Source of the DNA: a marine bacterium B5-7 | GTDB taxonomy: Bacteria > Pseudomonadota > Gammaproteobacteria > Arenicellales > CAJQKF01 | NCBI GenBank assembly: GCA_021604525.1 | Contig: BQJD01000014.1 | Coordinates: 4,256-68,255, forward strand | Reading direction: 5' to 3' | Length of the DNA stretch: 64,000 nucleotides | Shown: in pieces, positions 21,190-31,235 of the stretch | Layout of the letters: each line of letters starts with the position of its first letter | How positions within the stretch are numbered: position 1 is the first letter of the stretch | Program-made: the position numbers and the translations under genes | Notes under the pieces: generated by a model | What the model was told of the DNA's origin: nothing | The model's database searches: none | The model's input: the letters and a program-made list of their open reading frames with translations, nothing else

Positions 21190-21918
21190 TTACGCTTCGG
21201 CCGGATAGTGGCGTGGACCGAATAGTGCCGTACCGATTCGCACATGACTTGCCCCTTCAGCTACTGCCGCTTCCAGATCAGCGCTCATTCCCATGGACAG
21301 GCAGTCAAGCCGCGCACCATTTACCGAAGCACTCTGTGAATTGGCAGCATCGAGCAGGTCATGCAGCCTTTTGTACGGTTCACGAGCCTGCTGCGGATCG
21401 TCGGATGGCTTCGGGATAGTCATCAGGCCACGTAATTGTAAATGAGTAAATCCTCGAATTGCTTCAACCATGTCGGGAACCTGATCTGGTGAGACTCCTG
21501 ACTTGCTCGCCTCGCCGTCAATATTAACCTGAATGAGCACATTAAGGCGTTTGCCGAATTGTCCGGCAGCGTCATTCAGGCGACGAGCGATTTTCAATCG
21601 GTCAACACTATGTACCCAGTCGAAGAGCTCAGCAATCTCACTACATTTATTCGACTGGATATGGCCGATAAAATGCCACACGATCGAAAGTGATTCGAGT
21701 TCGTGAATCTTTCCGGCTGCCTCTTTAAGATAGTTTTCGCCAAAATCGGTGTGTCCCTCAAGCGCCAGTTGACGCACCGCACTCGCCGGATGAGTTTTTG
21801 AAACCGCAATCAAGGTGATATCGTGCTTATTTCGGCCTGAACCGCGCGCAGCTTCACTGATACGTGAACGGACAGCGTATAACCGATCGGCGGGTGACAT
21901 CGAAGGTGTCTCAGACAT
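21190..21918 (-). CDS. yggS: PLP-binding homeostasis protein YggS
   Basis: 242 aa with LIAVSKTHP (PLP lysine), WHFIGHIQSNK and SMGMSADLEAA. Confidence 0.9.
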   Translation of the reverse strand: MSETPSMSPADRLYAVRSRISEAARGSGRNKHDITLIAVSKTHPASAVRQLALEGHTDFGENYLKEAAGKIHELESLSIVWHFIGHIQSNKCSEIAELFDWVHSVDRLKIARRLNDAAGQFGKRLNVLIQVNIDGEASKSGVSPDQVPDMVEAIRGFTHLQLRGLMTIPKPSDDPQQAREPYKRLHDLLDAANSQSASVNGARLDCLSMGMSADLEAAVAEGASHVRIGTALFGPRHYPAEA

Positions 21919-22089
21919 ACGTATCAGTGATTATTGTGACCATGTTAATGCTTTGGGCGTTGTTGCGTATTAGACCGCAGCGCGCGGGGCTGTATTATAC
22001 TTGGCACAAGGGGGGTCCGGTCGATTGCCCGTTTATCTCGTCGCAAAACCGGATTCGTGAGTCTACTTAACAACTAAAGAGTCGGTTGC

Positions 22090-23124
22090 ATGGATCTTTC
22101 AGAATTACTCGCCTTCTCCGTTAAGCATAAGGCGTCCGACCTTCATGTGTCTTCCGGCCTGCCGCCAATGATCCGTATTGACGGCGATATCAAGCGAATT
22201 AATGTCGATCCGCTCGACGGCCATGCTGTTCACGGCATGATTTACGACATCATGAATGATAAGCAGCGCAAGGATTACGAGGAATTCCTCGAGACCGATT
22301 TTTCATTTGAATTGCCCGGTATTGCGCGATTTCGAGTCAACGCATTCAATCAGGCGCGTGGTCCTGCGGCGGTGTTTCGAACCATCCCCGACAAAATCGT
22401 CACCTTGAGCGATCTAAATGCACCGTCGATATTGGCACAGCTTGCGCTCAAGCCGCGCGGTCTGGTGTTGGCGACCGGGGCCACCGGCTCCGGGAAATCC
22501 ACCACTTTGGCTGCAATGGTGGATCACATCAACGAGAGCAAGCGCTCGCATATTCTTACCATAGAAGATCCTATCGAGTTCGTACACGTCAGTAAAAATT
22601 GCGTTGTCAATCAGCGCGAGCTCGGTATTCATACACACAGCTTTGCCAGTGCGCTGCGATCGGCGCTGCGTGAAGATCCGGACGTCATACTGGTCGGCGA
22701 AATGCGCGACCAGGAAACCATTCGCCTCGCACTCACCGCAGCTGAAACCGGACACCTGGTATTCGCAACCCTGCACACCTCGTCAGCATCGAAGACGATC
22801 GACCGAATCATCGACGTGTTTCCGGCGGGTGAGAAGGAAGTGGTACGTACCATGTTGTCTGAATCCTTACAGGCGGTCATCTCGCAAAGTCTCCTGAAAC
22901 GTATTGGCGGCGGTCGAATTGCCTCCTGGGAGATTTTGCTGGGTGTGCCAGCGGTGCGGAACCTCATTCGTGAAAACAAGATTGCGCAGATGTACTCGGT
23001 AATGCAAACCGGACAAGACGCAGACATGCAAACTATGGATCAATCATTACTGGATCTGGTGAAGCGACGCCTGATATCGACAGAATCAGCCAAAGCCCTG
23101 GCAATGGACCGATCCAAGTTTTAG
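22090..23124 (+). CDS. pilT: Type IV pilus retraction ATPase PilT
   Basis: 344 aa with ASDLHVSSGLPPMIRIDG, Walker A GATGSGKST, and Asp/His boxes (ILVGEMRD, GHLVFATLHT). Confidence 0.95.
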   Translation: MDLSELLAFSVKHKASDLHVSSGLPPMIRIDGDIKRINVDPLDGHAVHGMIYDIMNDKQRKDYEEFLETDFSFELPGIARFRVNAFNQARGPAAVFRTIPDKIVTLSDLNAPSILAQLALKPRGLVLATGATGSGKSTTLAAMVDHINESKRSHILTIEDPIEFVHVSKNCVVNQRELGIHTHSFASALRSALREDPDVILVGEMRDQETIRLALTAAETGHLVFATLHTSSASKTIDRIIDVFPAGEKEVVRTMLSESLQAVISQSLLKRIGGGRIASWEILLGVPAVRNLIRENKIAQMYSVMQTGQDADMQTMDQSLLDLVKRRLISTESAKALAMDRSKF

Positions 23125-23262
23125 CTACCAATCAAAGTATCGCTTCAAGCCTGCTATAAGATGCGTGCCTGATTCCTGTGTTTGAAATGCGGACCACAGG
23201 TTATTGGTCAGAGCCCGCAAGTTGCATTTGAGACAACTCGATTAATGGGATGGGATTTTGAT

Positions 23263-24372
23263 ATGAACATTTCCGATTTGCTGCACCTGATGCTCAAACA
23301 GGAAGCATCCGATCTTTTTATCACCGCCGGTGCGCCGCCCAGTCTGAAAATAGACGGACGGATTATCCCGGTTAAAACTTCTGCACTCAGCGCAGAGGAG
23401 TCTCGTGATCTGGCTTATTCGATCATGAACGATCAGCAGCGGCGCGCATTTGAAACGGATAAGGAATGTAACTTCGCCATCAGCCCAATCGAGCTCGGGC
23501 GATTTCGGGTGAACGCATTCATTCAGCAGGGTCAGGTCGGCATGGTGCTTAGAAACATCAAGATGCATATCCCGACATTCGACGAGCTGTATTTACCGCA
23601 GATTATCGGCGAGTTGGCTCTGAAAAATATGGGTCTGGTATTGTTTGTGGGTGGTACCGGAACCGGTAAGAGTTCATCGCAAGCGGCCATGGTCGGTTAT
23701 CGCAACAAACATACCAAGGGTCACATTATCACGATCGAGGATCCTATCGAGTACGTTCACAAACACGACAATTGCATCATTACCCAGCGCGAGGTAGGAC
23801 TTGATACGGATTCATTCGAGATCGCCCTGCAAAATGCCATGCGGCAAGCCCCGGATGTGATCCAGATTGGAGAGATACGCCGCCGCGAAACCATGGAGAA
23901 CGCGATTGTTTTCGCAGAGACCGGGCACCTGTGTCTGGCGACATTGCACGCCAACAACTCCTACCAGGCGCTTGACCGCATCATCAACTTCTTCCCCGAC
24001 GATCGTCGCGACCAGTTATTGATGGACCTGAGTCTTAATCTCACTGCCATAATTGCCCAGCGTCTTATACCTCGCAAAGACAAGACCGGGCGCGTGCCGG
24101 CGCTGGAGGTCATGATCAATACGCCATTGATGGCCGATTTAATTTTGCGCGGCGAGTTACAAAAACTGCACGACCTGATCGATCGATCCACCGAATTGGG
24201 TATGTGCACCATAGACCAGGCTTTGTTCAAGCTCTATCGCGAGGGGCTCATCACCTACGAAGATGCGTTGCGCAATGCCGAATCAGTCAATAATCTGCGT
24301 ATTCGTATCAAGCTTGAAAGCGGCGACAGCCGTGATCGGCTCGGCAAAAGTCTCGATGGAGTCGGTTTCTGA
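23263..24372 (+). CDS. pilU: PilT-paralogous type IV pilus ATPase PilU
   Basis: Contains ASDLFITAGAPPSLKIDG, GGTGTGKSS and GHLCLATLHANN, and lies directly after pilT. The start is trimmed from 23182 to the ATG at 23263. Confidence 0.88.
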   Translation: MNISDLLHLMLKQEASDLFITAGAPPSLKIDGRIIPVKTSALSAEESRDLAYSIMNDQQRRAFETDKECNFAISPIELGRFRVNAFIQQGQVGMVLRNIKMHIPTFDELYLPQIIGELALKNMGLVLFVGGTGTGKSSSQAAMVGYRNKHTKGHIITIEDPIEYVHKHDNCIITQREVGLDTDSFEIALQNAMRQAPDVIQIGEIRRRETMENAIVFAETGHLCLATLHANNSYQALDRIINFFPDDRRDQLLMDLSLNLTAIIAQRLIPRKDKTGRVPALEVMINTPLMADLILRGELQKLHDLIDRSTELGMCTIDQALFKLYREGLITYEDALRNAESVNNLRIRIKLESGDSRDRLGKSLDGVGF

Positions 24373-24403
24373 TCACCGCGTCAATTAACGCAAAAAGACC
24401 TCG

Positions 24404-25678
24404 TCAGCCGTTGTAGACGATTTTCCCTGCGACCAGCGTCGTGTGGACTTTGCCATAGAGCTCCGTGTCGTAGAACGGTGTGTTGGCGCCGCGACTGGTC
24501 ATCCCATTAAGGGACAGGGTATAAACCTCATCAGGATCGAATACGCATAGGTCGGCAATTTGTCCGACTTCGATTCGACCACGATCAAGATCCAGAATGC
24601 GTGCCGGATTACTGGTTAGTGCAGCCAGTGCTGTTGTCAGCGGCAGGTTATCTTCACGCACCAGCTTCATGGTTAAGCCGAGTAACGATTCTATCCCGGC
24701 AATGCCACTCGCCGCTTCGCTGAACGGCGCCAGCTTGGCGTCCTTGCCATGGGCTTGATGATCTGAGCATATTGCGGCGATCGCACCGCTTGCCACTGCA
24801 TTGCGCAGTGCCGTGCGGTCGTCTTCGCTGCGTAACGGCGGCATAACCTTGCACTGTGTGTCGAAAACGCCGACATCCTGTTCACACAAATGCAGGTGAT
24901 GCGGCGTCACGCTGGCCGTAACCGGAAGACCGCGTGCGCGGGCATCGACAATCATGGCTATCGCCCGGGCGCTGGACAGGCAGTTGAAATGAGCCCTGAT
25001 TCCAGTTGTTTCGATAAGCGCCAGGTCGCGTGCAACGCCGACGGTTTCAGCCGCTTCCGGAATGACCGGCAGACCGAGGCGAGTGGATATCTCGCCTTCG
25101 TGAACACAGCCGTTACCGACCAGCCAGGGATCCTGTGCATTCAACAATACCACCAGGTTGAATGTGCTGGCGTACTGCAGGGCGCGCCGCATGACCAGGG
25201 TATTTACGATTGCCCGGTCGCTATTGCCGAGCGCGGTGCAGCCTGCCTGATGCAGCGATCCCATGTCTGTCAGGCGTTCACCTTCGAGATTGACAGTGAG
25301 TGCGCCGATGGGCAGTACACGCGCCAGTCCAACGGCATCGACGCGCTGCTTGATCATGTGCACCATCGCCGGCGTATCGATTGGCGGGTATGTGTCGGGC
25401 GGAACGCAGACGGTGGTCACGCCGCCTTTAACCGCTGCTGCCAATTCCGATTCCATGCTGCCAGTATGATCTTCGCCAGGTTCGCGCAGTCGCGCCTGCA
25501 TGTCGATGAGCCCGGGTGCGACAATCAATCCTTTGGCATCGATTACCCCGGTGTGATTGGCATCGGGCGGCGCGCCACCGATGGCAACAATTCGTTCATT
25601 GCGGATATGCAAATCGCAAATCTGGTCGAAGCCGCTGGCCGGATCGATCACCCGCCCACCACGTATGCAAAGATTCAC
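24404..25678 (-). CDS. pyrC: Dihydroorotase-like protein, probably non-catalytic PyrC-prime (ATCase-associated)
   Basis: 424-aa amidohydrolase fold. The first metal motif reads [10 protein letters not shown] instead of D-x-H-x-H-x-REPG. GTGA overlap with the pyrB stop. Confidence 0.82.
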   Translation of the reverse strand: MNLCIRGGRVIDPASGFDQICDLHIRNERIVAIGGAPPDANHTGVIDAKGLIVAPGLIDMQARLREPGEDHTGSMESELAAAVKGGVTTVCVPPDTYPPIDTPAMVHMIKQRVDAVGLARVLPIGALTVNLEGERLTDMGSLHQAGCTALGNSDRAIVNTLVMRRALQYASTFNLVVLLNAQDPWLVGNGCVHEGEISTRLGLPVIPEAAETVGVARDLALIETTGIRAHFNCLSSARAIAMIVDARARGLPVTASVTPHHLHLCEQDVGVFDTQCKVMPPLRSEDDRTALRNAVASGAIAAICSDHQAHGKDAKLAPFSEAASGIAGIESLLGLTMKLVREDNLPLTTALAALTSNPARILDLDRGRIEVGQIADLCVFDPDEVYTLSLNGMTSRGANTPFYDTELYGKVHTTLVAGKIVYNG

Positions 25679-26655
25679 GAGTGTGACTCCCGATGGGCGT
25701 CACCAGCAAGTTTGGCCATGATGGCCATGCGTACTGCGATGCCGTTAGTGACCTGCGACAGGATAACCGACCGGGGCCCGTCGGCGACGCCTGATGCAAT
25801 TTCAAGACCGCGATTCATTGGTCCCGGATGCATCACGATAGCATCCGGTCGGGCGAGTTTAAGTCGCTTTTCGCTCAAACCGTAATAGCGAAAATACTCC
25901 TCCGGTCCGGGTAGCAGTTGGCCGTCCATGCGCTCGGTCTGAACACGCAGCATGATCAGCACATCGGCATCGGCGACGCCCTCGTCCATATCGTAATAGG
26001 TGCGCACGCCCAGCTTCTCGATGCGAGTTGGTAACAGGGTAGCCGGGCCGATGATTCGTATGTCTTTTACGCCGAGTTGCCGCAGGGCATGAATCTGTGA
26101 CCGGGCTACACGTGAATGCAGGATGTCGCCGGTGATCGCGATGCTGAGCGGTTCGAAGTCATTTTTATACTGGCGGATGGTGAATACATCCAGCATTGCC
26201 TGGGTCGGATGCGCGTGGCGTCCATCGCCGGCATTGATAATGCTGACCCCGGGAGGCATATGGCGAGCAATCAGATGGGCTGTCCCGGACGCCTTGTCGC
26301 GTACCACAAACATGTCGGTATGCATGGCTTCGAGCGTCTTGACGGTGTCAAGAACGGATTCCCCTTTGCTGGTCGACATGCGTGCACTGGACAGATTAAT
26401 GACGTCGGCAGACAGTCTTTTGGCGGCAATTTCGAAGGTCGTACGGGTACGGGTGGAGGGTTCAAAAAACAGATTGACGACTGTTTTGCCGTGCAACAAC
26501 GGGACTTTCTTGATGCGCCGTTCACCCACGCTGATAAACGATTCGGCAATATCCAGGATTTCGACAATGGTTTCCCGGCCAAGTCCCTCGGTTGTCAGGA
26601 AATGTCGAAGCCGCCCAGGTGCTTCGAATTGTACGGACGACTCTTCAACGTTCAC
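25675..26655 (-). CDS. pyrB: Aspartate carbamoyltransferase catalytic subunit
   Basis: 326 aa with [13 protein letters not shown], the HPTQ motif ([11 protein letters not shown]) and HPGPMNRG. Confidence 0.95.
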   Translation of the reverse strand: MNVEESSVQFEAPGRLRHFLTTEGLGRETIVEILDIAESFISVGERRIKKVPLLHGKTVVNLFFEPSTRTRTTFEIAAKRLSADVINLSSARMSTSKGESVLDTVKTLEAMHTDMFVVRDKASGTAHLIARHMPPGVSIINAGDGRHAHPTQAMLDVFTIRQYKNDFEPLSIAITGDILHSRVARSQIHALRQLGVKDIRIIGPATLLPTRIEKLGVRTYYDMDEGVADADVLIMLRVQTERMDGQLLPGPEEYFRYYGLSEKRLKLARPDAIVMHPGPMNRGLEIASGVADGPRSVILSQVTNGIAVRMAIMAKLAGDAHRESHS

Positions 26656-27161
26656 GTATCGCTTGCATCCTTGTCGGTAATGGTAAGTTTGAGCGTATCC
26701 GGTCCGGATAACTTGATCTGACGCTGTGCGTCGAGGTCGATTTTCAGGCCGCAGACGTCCGCCTGTATGGGTAATTCGCGAAGTCCACGATCAACCAGTA
26801 CCGCCAGTACGACTGAATTCGGTCGTCCGTAGGAAAAGACCTCATTGAGTGCGGCGCGGATGGTACGGCCGGTTTGCAATACGTCGTCGACCAGGATGAT
26901 GTCACGGCCTTCAATGTCTTCCGGGAGGTTTGAGGGATTTACCTGTGGATGCAGGCCGATTGTTGAGAAATCGTCTCGATAAAAGGTGATGTCCAATGTG
27001 CCGAGGGCGGTTTCGAGCCTAACAAGATGGTGCAGCTTTTGTGCCAGCCAGACACCGCCTGTATGAATACCGATCATGAGTGCCTGAGATGACGACATGG
27101 ACTTGATCTGCCTGGTCATCTCGTCCAGAAGCGTGTCGACGTCAGGTAGTTTGGAATTCAA
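26652..27161 (-). CDS. pyrR: Bifunctional pyr operon regulator / uracil phosphoribosyltransferase PyrR
   Basis: 169 aa with the PRTase motif [14 protein letters not shown]. It overlaps the pyrB start. Confidence 0.9.
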   Translation of the reverse strand: MNSKLPDVDTLLDEMTRQIKSMSSSQALMIGIHTGGVWLAQKLHHLVRLETALGTLDITFYRDDFSTIGLHPQVNPSNLPEDIEGRDIILVDDVLQTGRTIRAALNEVFSYGRPNSVVLAVLVDRGLRELPIQADVCGLKIDLDAQRQIKLSGPDTLKLTITDKDASDT

Positions 27162-27582
27162 AATGACTTCTCAGGATAAGTTCAGCCGCAAGCTGATCCC
27201 TGTTCATTTGCTTGCGGCGGGAGAATTTTTTACCTGCGCTGAGCGTTTGTTTCAACTGCGACTGGGCGGCGGAACTGGTCAGAAATTCGTTGACCCAGTA
27301 TACCGGCAAGTCAAAGCGTTTGCCGAGTGCCTCACCGAACTTTCGGGCGGCGCGTGAGCTGACAGTCTCGTCGCCTTCCGAGTCCAGTGGCAAGCCTACG
27401 ACAAGGGCGCCTGGACGCCACTCAATCAGTAAACTTTCAATATCTGACCACGGTGGTTGATGACCATTAACCGAGACACTGGCGATGCCGCTGGCGGTGC
27501 CGGTTATGCGTTGTCCGACAGCGATTCCGATCTTGCGGGATCCGTAATCGAACGACATGAAAGTCGTCTCACGTGAAATCAT
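27142..27582 (-). CDS. ruvX: YqgF/RuvX putative pre-16S rRNA nuclease
   Basis: 146 aa with FDYGSRKIGIAVG at the N-terminus. It overlaps algH (4 nt) and pyrR (20 nt). Confidence 0.87.
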   Translation of the reverse strand: MISRETTFMSFDYGSRKIGIAVGQRITGTASGIASVSVNGHQPPWSDIESLLIEWRPGALVVGLPLDSEGDETVSSRAARKFGEALGKRFDLPVYWVNEFLTSSAAQSQLKQTLSAGKKFSRRKQMNRDQLAAELILRSHFEFQTT

Positions 27583-28139
27583 GCGTGACCCGCATCGGTT
27601 GATAATGTCATCAAATCGACGCCGAGCAGTGCCGCGGCTGCCGACCAGCGTTCATCCACCGGGGTATCGAAAACGATTTGCGAATTAACCGGCGCGCACA
27701 ACCAGGCGTTCTCCTGCAGTTCATGCTCCAGTTGCCCCGATCCCCAGCCTGCATAGCCCAGCACCATCATGCTGCGCGCGGGCCCCTCGCCGCGGGAAAT
27801 CGCCTGCATGATATCAAGCGATGTAGTCAGGCCCAGCGATTCGCTGATACGCATGGTTGATTCCCATTGGTGTTGATCGTTGTGCAATACCATACCGAGT
27901 TCCGGATGCACCGGTCCGCCTGAGAATACCGGGTTGGCGGCTTCTGCAGTTTCGGGCTTCAGGTCGAGATGCTCAAGCACGTCAGCAAGCGAGAATTCGT
28001 CGATGCGGCGGTTGATCACAAGCCCGAGGGAGCCATTTTCATCGTGCTGGCATAGCAGCGTCACCGTGCGTTCGAAGTTCGGATCGCGCATTGACGGCAT
28101 GGCGATCAACAGGTGGTTGGCAAGCGCTGTAAATTCCAT
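27579..28139 (-). CDS. algH: YqgE/AlgH family protein
   Basis: 186 aa with LLIAMPSMRDPNFERTVTLLCQHDENGSLGLVINR. Confidence 0.87.
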   Translation of the reverse strand: MEFTALANHLLIAMPSMRDPNFERTVTLLCQHDENGSLGLVINRRIDEFSLADVLEHLDLKPETAEAANPVFSGGPVHPELGMVLHNDQHQWESTMRISESLGLTTSLDIMQAISRGEGPARSMMVLGYAGWGSGQLEHELQENAWLCAPVNSQIVFDTPVDERWSAAAALLGVDLMTLSTDAGHA

Positions 28140-28142
28140 GGG

Positions 28143-29126
28143 TTAATTCTGAATCAAGGTGCTGTTATGCAGGAATTGCCAGGTACGGGTAATGTGCAAA
28201 ATATCAGCTTCTTTGCGAATGTCATCCGGGAAGGGGCTGTATGGTGCAGCCATCATGACGATGCGCACGGCTGCGTCATCCAGCACCTTTTGCCCCGATG
28301 ATCGAACCACCTCGATATCCTTCACCGACCCGTTGGCGAGTATCGATACATCTAATACCAGATTGCCGCTGAGCTTCCTTGATCGCGCCGCATCCGGATA
28401 GTTGGAATTTCCAACCTGCTCGATGCGTGCCCGCCACGCTTCCATATATGCCGCATATTTATGTTCGCGGGTTCTCGAACTGATGAACTTTTGTTTGTCA
28501 GATATCGTACCGGTGCGTAGTTCGGAATCGAAGTCGGCCTCAACGGGAGATCGAATCAGCGCCTGCGCGCCTTCCTGTTCGGGCGCATTTTCCGCTTCAG
28601 CGTTATGGTCTGGATCACGTGCTTCAAGGCCCGCCAGCAGCGATGCAGGCAGTTCGACATAAATAAACGGGCTATCGACAACGCTCGGAGTAGAATCGCG
28701 GCGCGCAATTTGCTCTGCTTGTGTATCAGGATCGTTTATCAGCGGTAGCGGCGTGCTGGCCGGTTCATCATGCTCATTCAGGCCGCCGCCGCTTTGCGCG
28801 CTTTCGGCAAACAGATCGGCGTCATTGACCTCGTCGCTTTCAACTGCGCTGGATATTGTCGTTGCCAGTGATTGGAAATCCTGCGAATCACGGCTGCCGA
28901 TGGTATAGGTGAAGCCGATTCCCATAATCACAACGATGTGAATCAGTGCCGAACCGAACAAGGTGAACCCGGTTCTGTCGCGCTGACTCAAGGATTCAAC
29001 ATTTATCGACAACGCCATTTTTAATGGGGATCCCCTTAAGTAGTCTTGTATGGCGAGAATGTCTTGCAATCCGTGTGAGAACCCGGAAACAAGTCTGTTC
29101 AACTCGCATAAACTCTCATTTATCAC
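28143..29126 (-). CDS. TonB-family protein (TonB3-like), no ExbBD adjacent
   Basis: Single TM followed by a long acidic/Pro-poor linker. The C-terminal TonB_C-like block is GNLVLDVSILANGSVKDIEVVRSSGQKVLDDAAVRIV. The start may instead be the internal Met at 29018. Confidence 0.72.
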   Translation of the reverse strand: MINESLCELNRLVSGFSHGLQDILAIQDYLRGSPLKMALSINVESLSQRDRTGFTLFGSALIHIVVIMGIGFTYTIGSRDSQDFQSLATTISSAVESDEVNDADLFAESAQSGGGLNEHDEPASTPLPLINDPDTQAEQIARRDSTPSVVDSPFIYVELPASLLAGLEARDPDHNAEAENAPEQEGAQALIRSPVEADFDSELRTGTISDKQKFISSRTREHKYAAYMEAWRARIEQVGNSNYPDAARSRKLSGNLVLDVSILANGSVKDIEVVRSSGQKVLDDAAVRIVMMAAPYSPFPDDIRKEADILHITRTWQFLHNSTLIQN

Positions 29127-29666
29127 CGTGTTTTTCCACGGATTTCGCCTTGCGATGGCATCTGTCAGGGATTATTTGGCACCCTGATGGGTCTTGTCTA
29201 CCGCAGATATCCAGCGTATTTCCATTTTAAACAAATCCGGCACCCCGCCCAATTAAAATTACCCCACCTGAATCAAGGGGCCTTGGAGAATGATGACCAA
29301 TGACTTGAAGGCTATGTTGCGTGATCTAAAGCTGCTTTTCCTTAAGTCGGCGCTACAGTCCGTTGGTCGAGGATATTTCGCCGCCAGGGGGCGAAATATC
29401 GGTGTATACTATTTTAAAAGGTTCATTTTTTGACGATTCGAAGGTGTTGCCACGGTAACACGCTCGTCGTCACAAGGTGGGAAGTGCGCAGAGTTCGTGA
29501 GTATCCTGGATGGATGATTGCGAAACCGGATTGGCGGTAGTGCGATTTTGTTTGTGTCCTTCCGGTCAACCTTGACAGGTCATTGCGGTTCACCTGTTTT
29601 AGAAATAAAATCCATAAGTTACGGGCAATAGTTCAAGTCAGACGGGGCGCCAAGAGTGTCGGGGCG

Positions 29667-30131
29667 ATGACTAAGATAATGGTAATTGACGATAGCAATA
29701 CAGTGCGACGCGCTGCGGAATCCGCGTTGCGCGGATCCGGCTACGATGTGGTCACAGCCGCCGATGGCTTTTCCGCCATGTCGCAGATTACCGATCACCA
29801 TCCCGATCTGATCTTCATCGACATAGTAATGCCACGTCTGGATGGCTATCAGGCCTGCGCATTGATTAAACGAAATCAACGATTTCGCGATACACCCGTT
29901 GTCATGTTATCCAGTAAGGACGGCTTGTTCGACCGTGCCCGAGGGCGTATTGTTGGTGCCGAGGCACATATCAATAAACCGTTCAGCAAAGCGGATTTGC
30001 TCGACGCCGCGGCACTGTATGTCGGTGAGGCAAGCAATGTCGATAATGACAGCGAGATCAACGATCAGGCGCCATCGATAGCGGGATTCGAGCTTGAATT
30101 GGGCGATTCGGTTTCGGGATGGTCGCGCTAA
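29667..30131 (+). CDS. pilG: CheY-like response regulator PilG
   Basis: REC domain (MVIDDS, IFIDIVMPRLDG, SSKDGLFD, NKPF) with a roughly 35-aa acidic C-terminal extension. The start is trimmed from 29583 to the ATG at 29667. Confidence 0.87.
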   Translation: MTKIMVIDDSNTVRRAAESALRGSGYDVVTAADGFSAMSQITDHHPDLIFIDIVMPRLDGYQACALIKRNQRFRDTPVVMLSSKDGLFDRARGRIVGAEAHINKPFSKADLLDAAALYVGEASNVDNDSEINDQAPSIAGFELELGDSVSGWSR

Positions 30132-30222
30132 ACCCTCGCCCATCAGACGCTAATACTTTAATAGGCCCTAACATAATTACGTCTAAATTATTGATGTCCC
30201 AAGTGTTCGTGAAGTAAACCCA

Positions 30223-30585
30223 ATGGCAATCCAGACAGTCCTAGTGATAGATGATTCACCTACTGATCAACACATGATCAGTGGCTATTTGAGGAATCAC
30301 GGCTATCAGGTGCTAACGGCCAAAGACGGTGAGCAGGGTATCGGTCTCGCTCGATCGGAACTTCCCGATTTGATCCTTATGGATGTTGTCATGCCGGGTA
30401 TGAATGGATTCCAGGCAACCCGACGATTGAACCGGGATCCTGATACCCGGGCGATACCGGTGATTATCGTGTCCTCCAAGGGGGAGGTTACCGACAAGGC
30501 CTGGGGACTTCGGCAGGGCGCGGTGGACTACTTGACGAAGCCGGTGACGGAGTCGGAACTCATCAAAAAAATCAGGGCGATGTGA
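30223..30585 (+). CDS. pilH: CheY-like response regulator PilH
   Basis: 120-aa stand-alone REC (VIDDS, ILMDVVMPGMNG, SSKG, TKP). Confidence 0.87.
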   Translation: MAIQTVLVIDDSPTDQHMISGYLRNHGYQVLTAKDGEQGIGLARSELPDLILMDVVMPGMNGFQATRRLNRDPDTRAIPVIIVSSKGEVTDKAWGLRQGAVDYLTKPVTESELIKKIRAM

Positions 30586-30586
30586 C

Positions 30587-31138
30587 GTGGTTGAACAACG
30601 CAGCAAAGCGCTTGAACAAACCCGTCGCTTATTGGAAGCACAGCACCAGCAAGCAAGCGATGATGACAAGGTTTGGCGCGCACTGGCTATAGAAGCCCGT
30701 GATGTACCACTGGTGATTCCCATAAATAATGTGGTTGAACTGGCAGTGTGTGAAAACATCACGCCAATACCGTTGACCCAGACGTGGATCCGGGGACTGA
30801 CGAATCTTCGCGGGCAACTGTACACCGTTATCGATCTATCAGTATTTTTTGGTGGCCATGAAACCCGCTTGAGCCGCGATGCGAGAATCGTGCTGCTGTC
30901 TGATGATGGTTTCAACACCTGTCTTTTGGTTAATAGCGTACTCGGACTCAAAGTGTTCGGTGAAGATCAACCGCTGGGCGATGTTGCCAATGTGTCGACT
31001 GACATCAAGCCATTTTTTCGTGGACAGATTGACGAGGGTGAGCGGCAGTGGGCTGTGCTTGATGTCGACGCATTGATTACCGATAAGCGTTTTTTGACAC
31101 CAGGCAGGTTGGAGGCAGTACCCGGGCTGGAACACTGA
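30587..31138 (+). CDS. pilI: CheW-like coupling protein PilI
   Basis: 183 aa with a GTG start 1 nt after pilH. CheW-type core IRGLTNLRGQLYTVIDL. Confidence 0.83.
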   Translation: MVEQRSKALEQTRRLLEAQHQQASDDDKVWRALAIEARDVPLVIPINNVVELAVCENITPIPLTQTWIRGLTNLRGQLYTVIDLSVFFGGHETRLSRDARIVLLSDDGFNTCLLVNSVLGLKVFGEDQPLGDVANVSTDIKPFFRGQIDEGERQWAVLDVDALITDKRFLTPGRLEAVPGLEH

Positions 31139-31235
31139 AATTGGTAGAAACAATCTGTGGATGGGAGGTTACGGGTCGAGTTCACCGTACCCGTGATTAA
31201 TTAGATAACAAAACAGCAACGCTGGACTGAAGACT

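Noticed and set aside
24890-25885. 331-aa plus-strand ORF
   Set aside because: It is antisense to pyrC-prime and pyrB, and no motif is present. It is a shadow ORF.
26116-26721. 201-aa and 185-aa plus-strand ORFs (also 26123..26680)
   Set aside because: Both are antisense to pyrB and are shadow frames.
29290-29433. 47-codon ORF (MMTNDLKAML...) in the pilG upstream gap that contains the 29372-29400 hairpin
   Set aside because: The GGAGA abuts the ATG with no spacing. The ORF is short and basic/hydrophobic with no homology cue. I could not support it as a gene, so only the hairpin is reported.
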